This document shows positions 60,484 through 64,000 of a stretch of DNA of 64,000 nucleotides, in pieces. Source of the DNA: a virus; IMG/VR virus record IMGVR_UViG_3300009155_000038, one strand, 5' to 3'. The notes under the pieces are model-generated. The model did no database searches, had not been told where the DNA came from, and saw only the letters and a list, made by a program, of their open reading frames with translations. The position numbers and the translations under genes were made by a program. Within the stretch, counting starts at the first letter, position 1. Every line of letters begins with the position of its first letter.

Positions 60484-63117
60484 TTATCCGATGTCGCGCG
60501 CAGCTGAGTTATTATCGTCGGTCCAGAATTGCCTACACCACTTCTCGTCTACAAGAACGCCGGGCATATCTTGAATTAACTCTTCACCAGCAAACACGCC
60601 GGCGTTGGTCAGTAAATCTACAATTGCCAACCAGTTCGGCACCACGCTTTTGCCGTTATAAAAATACCTATCTATGGCCTTACGATTCAACCAGCAATGT
60701 TCTTTTTGCCGAAGAATGTAATTGTAAGGCTGGTCTTTGCGGCGTGGTCTTGGCAGCACATCGAGCTTTCCGGCCTGAATTCCGTTATTAATCTCGTGCA
60801 GCAGGGCGACGTGGGCGTGGGCTGGTGTAAGTAACTGCCCGGCGGCGTACTCGTGATTGAATGTCTTGCCGTATACCTCATCCAGCCATTTATGCAGGTC
60901 CAGCAGCACCGACGCCATGAGCGACGTGCCGGTTGTGGCAAGGCGCATGCGGTTCTGCAAGGCCCGCTGGATATAGGCGGGCAAAACGTGCCGAAGTGCC
61001 GAGAAATCCGTGGCCGGCGGCGGCGCTTCGCCTTGAATGACGTTCCAGCCATAACCGGGCGCGGAGGCAGCGCACAGTTGAGACAGGCGCACTACCGCGG
61101 CGTGGTTATGGCATTTTGTAATAGCGGCGCTAAACAGCGTGTCATCAAAAGCGCTGGACGCAAACAGCGGCCAGTCGATTTGTTTTGTGGCGTCGAATAG
61201 CTGCCGGCTCATGTGGTTCTTTTGCATGAGCGACGACTGGATTTGGTCGCAGTTAAGCGCCGCGCCAATCCGGGCTGCGGCACCAAAATTATTACCGATT
61301 ATTCCGACGGCCGTAAAATCCTGCCGCAGGACGGGCGCCAGTAGGTTGGCTGCCACGGCGCTGAATACATTCCAGATAAACCCGTTTTGATAACTTGGCG
61401 CCAAGAACTGATGAATGGCTGGCGGCGCAATCGGGGTCGGCTCTGGAAAGCTGTCGCGTTTCTTGGTCTGCGGCAGGACGACTGTCTGAGCAACGGCGCC
61501 CGTGTTTGTTATCTCGTACGGGCCAAACCGAAACACGCTGGCGTATTCGTCCCAGCCTAGTTTACTGGAGACGTTTACGATCTCTGGAGCGTGAAGCTGC
61601 AGGGCTAGGATATGGCTGCGCTTATTCCACGCGCGGTCGAAAATGACCAGCTTGCCTCGTGGCGCTAGTAGGGCCGCGCTGTAGGCCAGCAACCCCATGC
61701 GCTCGATCCGGCCTGCGCTGTCTGAGAATTCAAACTGCTCGTCATTTAAATAGATTATTCCGGCGTAGCTTTTCTCGCCGGTATCTGTGTGAATAACCTT
61801 GGAAATAACTGGGCGGATGGAGCAGATCTGCTGGCCTAGTTGATTCCACCAGCCGTTCTCGCGTTCGATGATCGTCCACTTCTTGTAGATACGTCCCGGC
61901 GCACCCGGCGGGCTTTTCAACGAAGACAATACACGGTCAGCGAAACCGGGCGAGAAGTTTGGCTCGAACTTGCGAAAGAACGCGTTGAGCTTGTCGTGCG
62001 GAATGGTCAGCCGGCGGGCGAAGGACTGCGCTGTAATCTCGTTCATGCCCGACAGCGTTTGATGCAGCCGGGTTTGCCACGTATCTGCGTTACGCCTGAT
62101 ATCCGACAGCCGGGCCATCGTGGGGTTAGCCAGTTTGTAGCTGTATGTCTTTGCTGGGGGTAATACAGCGACGTAACCTTTTGCTGCTTCCGCGCGACTA
62201 ATAATCTCGGGGGTTATAACAGTGCCCTGAAACAGCCGGGTCGCGGGTGGGAACGCTTGCCAGTTAACTCCGTGGCTAGTCGCCTCCGAACCGCTGTAGC
62301 TGCCCATGAGCGGCAGCAACGCCTGACCCTGCCGGAGCTGGCGGCACTGGGCGTTAAGCACCCAGAACGGATCGTCGATGATAAATTGCGTGCTTTTAAA
62401 TATCTCCATCGGCGGCAGTAACGTCGCGTGCAAGAGAAAATAGCCTGCCTCCGTTCGCCTGTTGTAGCTCGCAACCAACGGGATGAACTGGCTTTTGGAT
62501 TCGAAGTTATCAGCGTACTGCACCGCTAGAACGCCTGTCATTCTTCCCGGCAGGTCATAGAACGGAAAGATAATGCTGGGGCCGTTAGGGCGTAGTTTTG
62601 CGGGCTTTTGCCGCGACATTGCATTGCACAGCCGGTTTATTTGCTCGGGATGCGCGACGCCGACTAAGCCTTTGGCGTTGATCTCCGCCTGTACGCCGAG
62701 ATCATTGAGCTGGCAGGCTACGATGTCGTCGCCGTGAGTCCAGAGCTGGTCTGCTGTTTCAGCCCAGAAACTCTCCATTGTCACACGCCGAGATTGGACC
62801 CGCTCGTAATCCCCGGCTACATATGTGGAATCGCTACTGGATATAATGTCTAAGTCTGTAAACCGGTTTAACGCTTCGGGGAGGCTTGTATTCCATACAG
62901 CCGCGCCAAAGGTTATGATATCTCCATGAGCTGCACAGGCATTACAGTGCATCCAGATACCGTCGGTTACGATGTCATCAAATAAATGTAGCGCATTTTG
63001 CTGACATAAGGGACAATTCACCACGGCCGGGAACGTAGGGATTTCCGGCGCAACGCCCAATGCCGATAGGGCGGTTAGATGATGATGTCGGCGGATTAAA
63101 CAGGTAGGCAAACCCAT
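60484..63117 (-). CDS. Large primase-like protein (Zn finger + degenerate DnaG core + unknown C-terminus)
   Basis: CPLC...WMHCNAC..HGDII, IIFPFYDLPGRMTG; TOPRIM acidic motifs not conserved. Confidence 0.75.
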   Translation of the reverse strand: MGLPTCLIRRHHHLTALSALGVAPEIPTFPAVVNCPLCQQNALHLFDDIVTDGIWMHCNACAAHGDIITFGAAVWNTSLPEALNRFTDLDIISSSDSTYVAGDYERVQSRRVTMESFWAETADQLWTHGDDIVACQLNDLGVQAEINAKGLVGVAHPEQINRLCNAMSRQKPAKLRPNGPSIIFPFYDLPGRMTGVLAVQYADNFESKSQFIPLVASYNRRTEAGYFLLHATLLPPMEIFKSTQFIIDDPFWVLNAQCRQLRQGQALLPLMGSYSGSEATSHGVNWQAFPPATRLFQGTVITPEIISRAEAAKGYVAVLPPAKTYSYKLANPTMARLSDIRRNADTWQTRLHQTLSGMNEITAQSFARRLTIPHDKLNAFFRKFEPNFSPGFADRVLSSLKSPPGAPGRIYKKWTIIERENGWWNQLGQQICSIRPVISKVIHTDTGEKSYAGIIYLNDEQFEFSDSAGRIERMGLLAYSAALLAPRGKLVIFDRAWNKRSHILALQLHAPEIVNVSSKLGWDEYASVFRFGPYEITNTGAVAQTVVLPQTKKRDSFPEPTPIAPPAIHQFLAPSYQNGFIWNVFSAVAANLLAPVLRQDFTAVGIIGNNFGAAARIGAALNCDQIQSSLMQKNHMSRQLFDATKQIDWPLFASSAFDDTLFSAAITKCHNHAAVVRLSQLCAASAPGYGWNVIQGEAPPPATDFSALRHVLPAYIQRALQNRMRLATTGTSLMASVLLDLHKWLDEVYGKTFNHEYAAGQLLTPAHAHVALLHEINNGIQAGKLDVLPRPRRKDQPYNYILRQKEHCWLNRKAIDRYFYNGKSVVPNWLAIVDLLTNAGVFAGEELIQDMPGVLVDEKWCRQFWTDDNNSAARDIG

Positions 63118-64000
63118 GACAGCTATCCCGCTTGATCAGGCCCATGACGTCAGTGGTCGCGAGACACACCGGTTAACCGCCCTGTACCCGACACCCGACT
63201 TTGTTAAGTCGGCAGGTCAAGAGCGACTCCATGGCAACGAGACTCTCCCGCGCCATATGTACGCTGATCAGCACAATAAACTTTACCCTTGTCACACCGC
63301 GCCCGCAACATGGATGTCGGCGCTGTTCTTCTCTGACAAGCAAGCCCAGTTTAACGAAACTGAGGCCGCAACCATTAAAACTCGTATTCACAAGGCCGCC
63401 GAATACTTCGGTATTGCCGGCGCCGTGACCGAGCTGGAAGAGAAGATTGCCGCCAGCGCTGGGCTGGATTTGAACGCCCTGCCCGACTCGGACTTCGCCA
63501 TTGTGTGGCGGACGGATTCGGGCGCTGTCGAGCGCCACTGGCCGCTGCGGAACGCCGCAGAAGTAAAGTTTGCCGCTGCGCACTTCAAGTCGCACCGCGA
63601 CGAGTTTGTGTTTACAGACCGGCACACGATTGCCACCAAGATCCTCGAAAAGGCTGCCCAGTACGGAGCCGACACCAGCGACGCTGATGACTCGCTCGAA
63701 CTGGCTGCTGGCTATGGAATGTGCGCCGCCAAGATGGCCAGCGACATGCTCAAGGAGCGCGCCCGTCTGGCACAGCGCCAACACGCCGACCTTGCCGCTG
63801 AGCTGGTCAAGCTGGCTGCAGTTGTTGACCAGAACCCTGAAAAAGCACGGGAAACTGAAACCCGCCTGAAGCTCGCGGCTGTGGTCGACGGTTTTGATAA
63901 GAATACCAAGCTCTACCGGATGTATGACGCCGGTGGCCTGCCGCGCCCCGAAGAGGTGCTCTTCGCCGTCACCGAGAAGGTCGCTCGCGACTTCCTTGGG
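63116..64000 (+). CDS. Hypothetical, probably virion or morphogenesis protein (3' end off window; not in ORF track)
   Basis: Open frame of 295 codons from ATG 63116 to the window end (MTAIPLDQAHD...KVARDFLG) with strong codon bias and a HWPLRN..EVK.AA.HF motif. Confidence 0.8.
   Translation, partial: MTAIPLDQAHDVSGRETHRLTALYPTPDFVKSAGQERLHGNETLPRHMYADQHNKLYPCHTAPATWMSALFFSDKQAQFNETEAATIKTRIHKAAEYFGIAGAVTELEEKIAASAGLDLNALPDSDFAIVWRTDSGAVERHWPLRNAAEVKFAAAHFKSHRDEFVFTDRHTIATKILEKAAQYGADTSDADDSLELAAGYGMCAAKMASDMLKERARLAQRQHADLAAELVKLAAVVDQNPEKARETETRLKLAAVVDGFDKNTKLYRMYDAGGLPRPEEVLFAVTEKVARDFLG

Noticed and set aside
1-64000. CRISPR, TIGR or (GGYNN)n repeat arrays to accompany the RAMP-like and Nop-like genes
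   Set aside because: I inspected all sizeable non-coding gaps (13097-13200, 29003-29180, 34250-34548, 45087-45228, 51506-51599) by eye and saw no periodic repeats. A computational scan of the whole genome is still needed.
1-64000. Alternative genetic code (stop-codon recoding)
   Set aside because: Conserved genes are full length under code 11 and end at TAA, TAG and TGA, with high coding density.

Overview
A 64-kb, gene-dense segment of a large lytic-type dsDNA tailed phage (Caudoviricetes), probably infecting Planctomycetota. The host call is an inference from several planctomycete-type gene families. Almost all genes are on the minus strand, many with coupled start/stop codons. From left to right: (1) 1-11.3 kb, conserved hypotheticals with a RuvC resolvase, a GT-A glycosyltransferase and DUF1016N/DUF932-like genes. 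(2) 11.3-27.6 kb, a full replication/recombination operon: RecA, gp32-like SSB, PolA fused to a UDG-like domain, DnaG primase, DnaB-like helicase, SF2 helicase, SbcC and SbcD. (3) 27.6-53.3 kb, accessory genes: tRNA-Gln, DEDDh exonuclease, HTH-DHS-like fusion, MazG, SEC-C, DUF6745, DUF3085-alphaCTD, DUF6915/DUF6878 and a DUF1257-DUF2997-Ycf46 AAA-DUF3150 module. (4) A lone plus-strand terminase large subunit. (5) 55-63 kb, tRNA-Thr, GNAT, pyrimidine-dimer glycosylase, a very acidic protein and an apparently inactive second primase. (6) The start of a plus-strand, probably structural gene. The most intriguing element is a cassette between SbcC and the replicative helicase: an apparently catalytically dead IS110/Nop-like protein, a minimal Cas7/RAMP-like protein, an SF2 helicase and an unknown protein. 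No CRISPR array or cas genes are nearby, so it is a candidate RNA-guided or RNP system. An orphan highly structured non-coding region and an SD/anti-SD switch lie at 34.25-34.55 kb. All family assignments come from motif recognition by eye, not from database searches. Start codons were adjusted from the ORF track using SD motifs and gene coupling.
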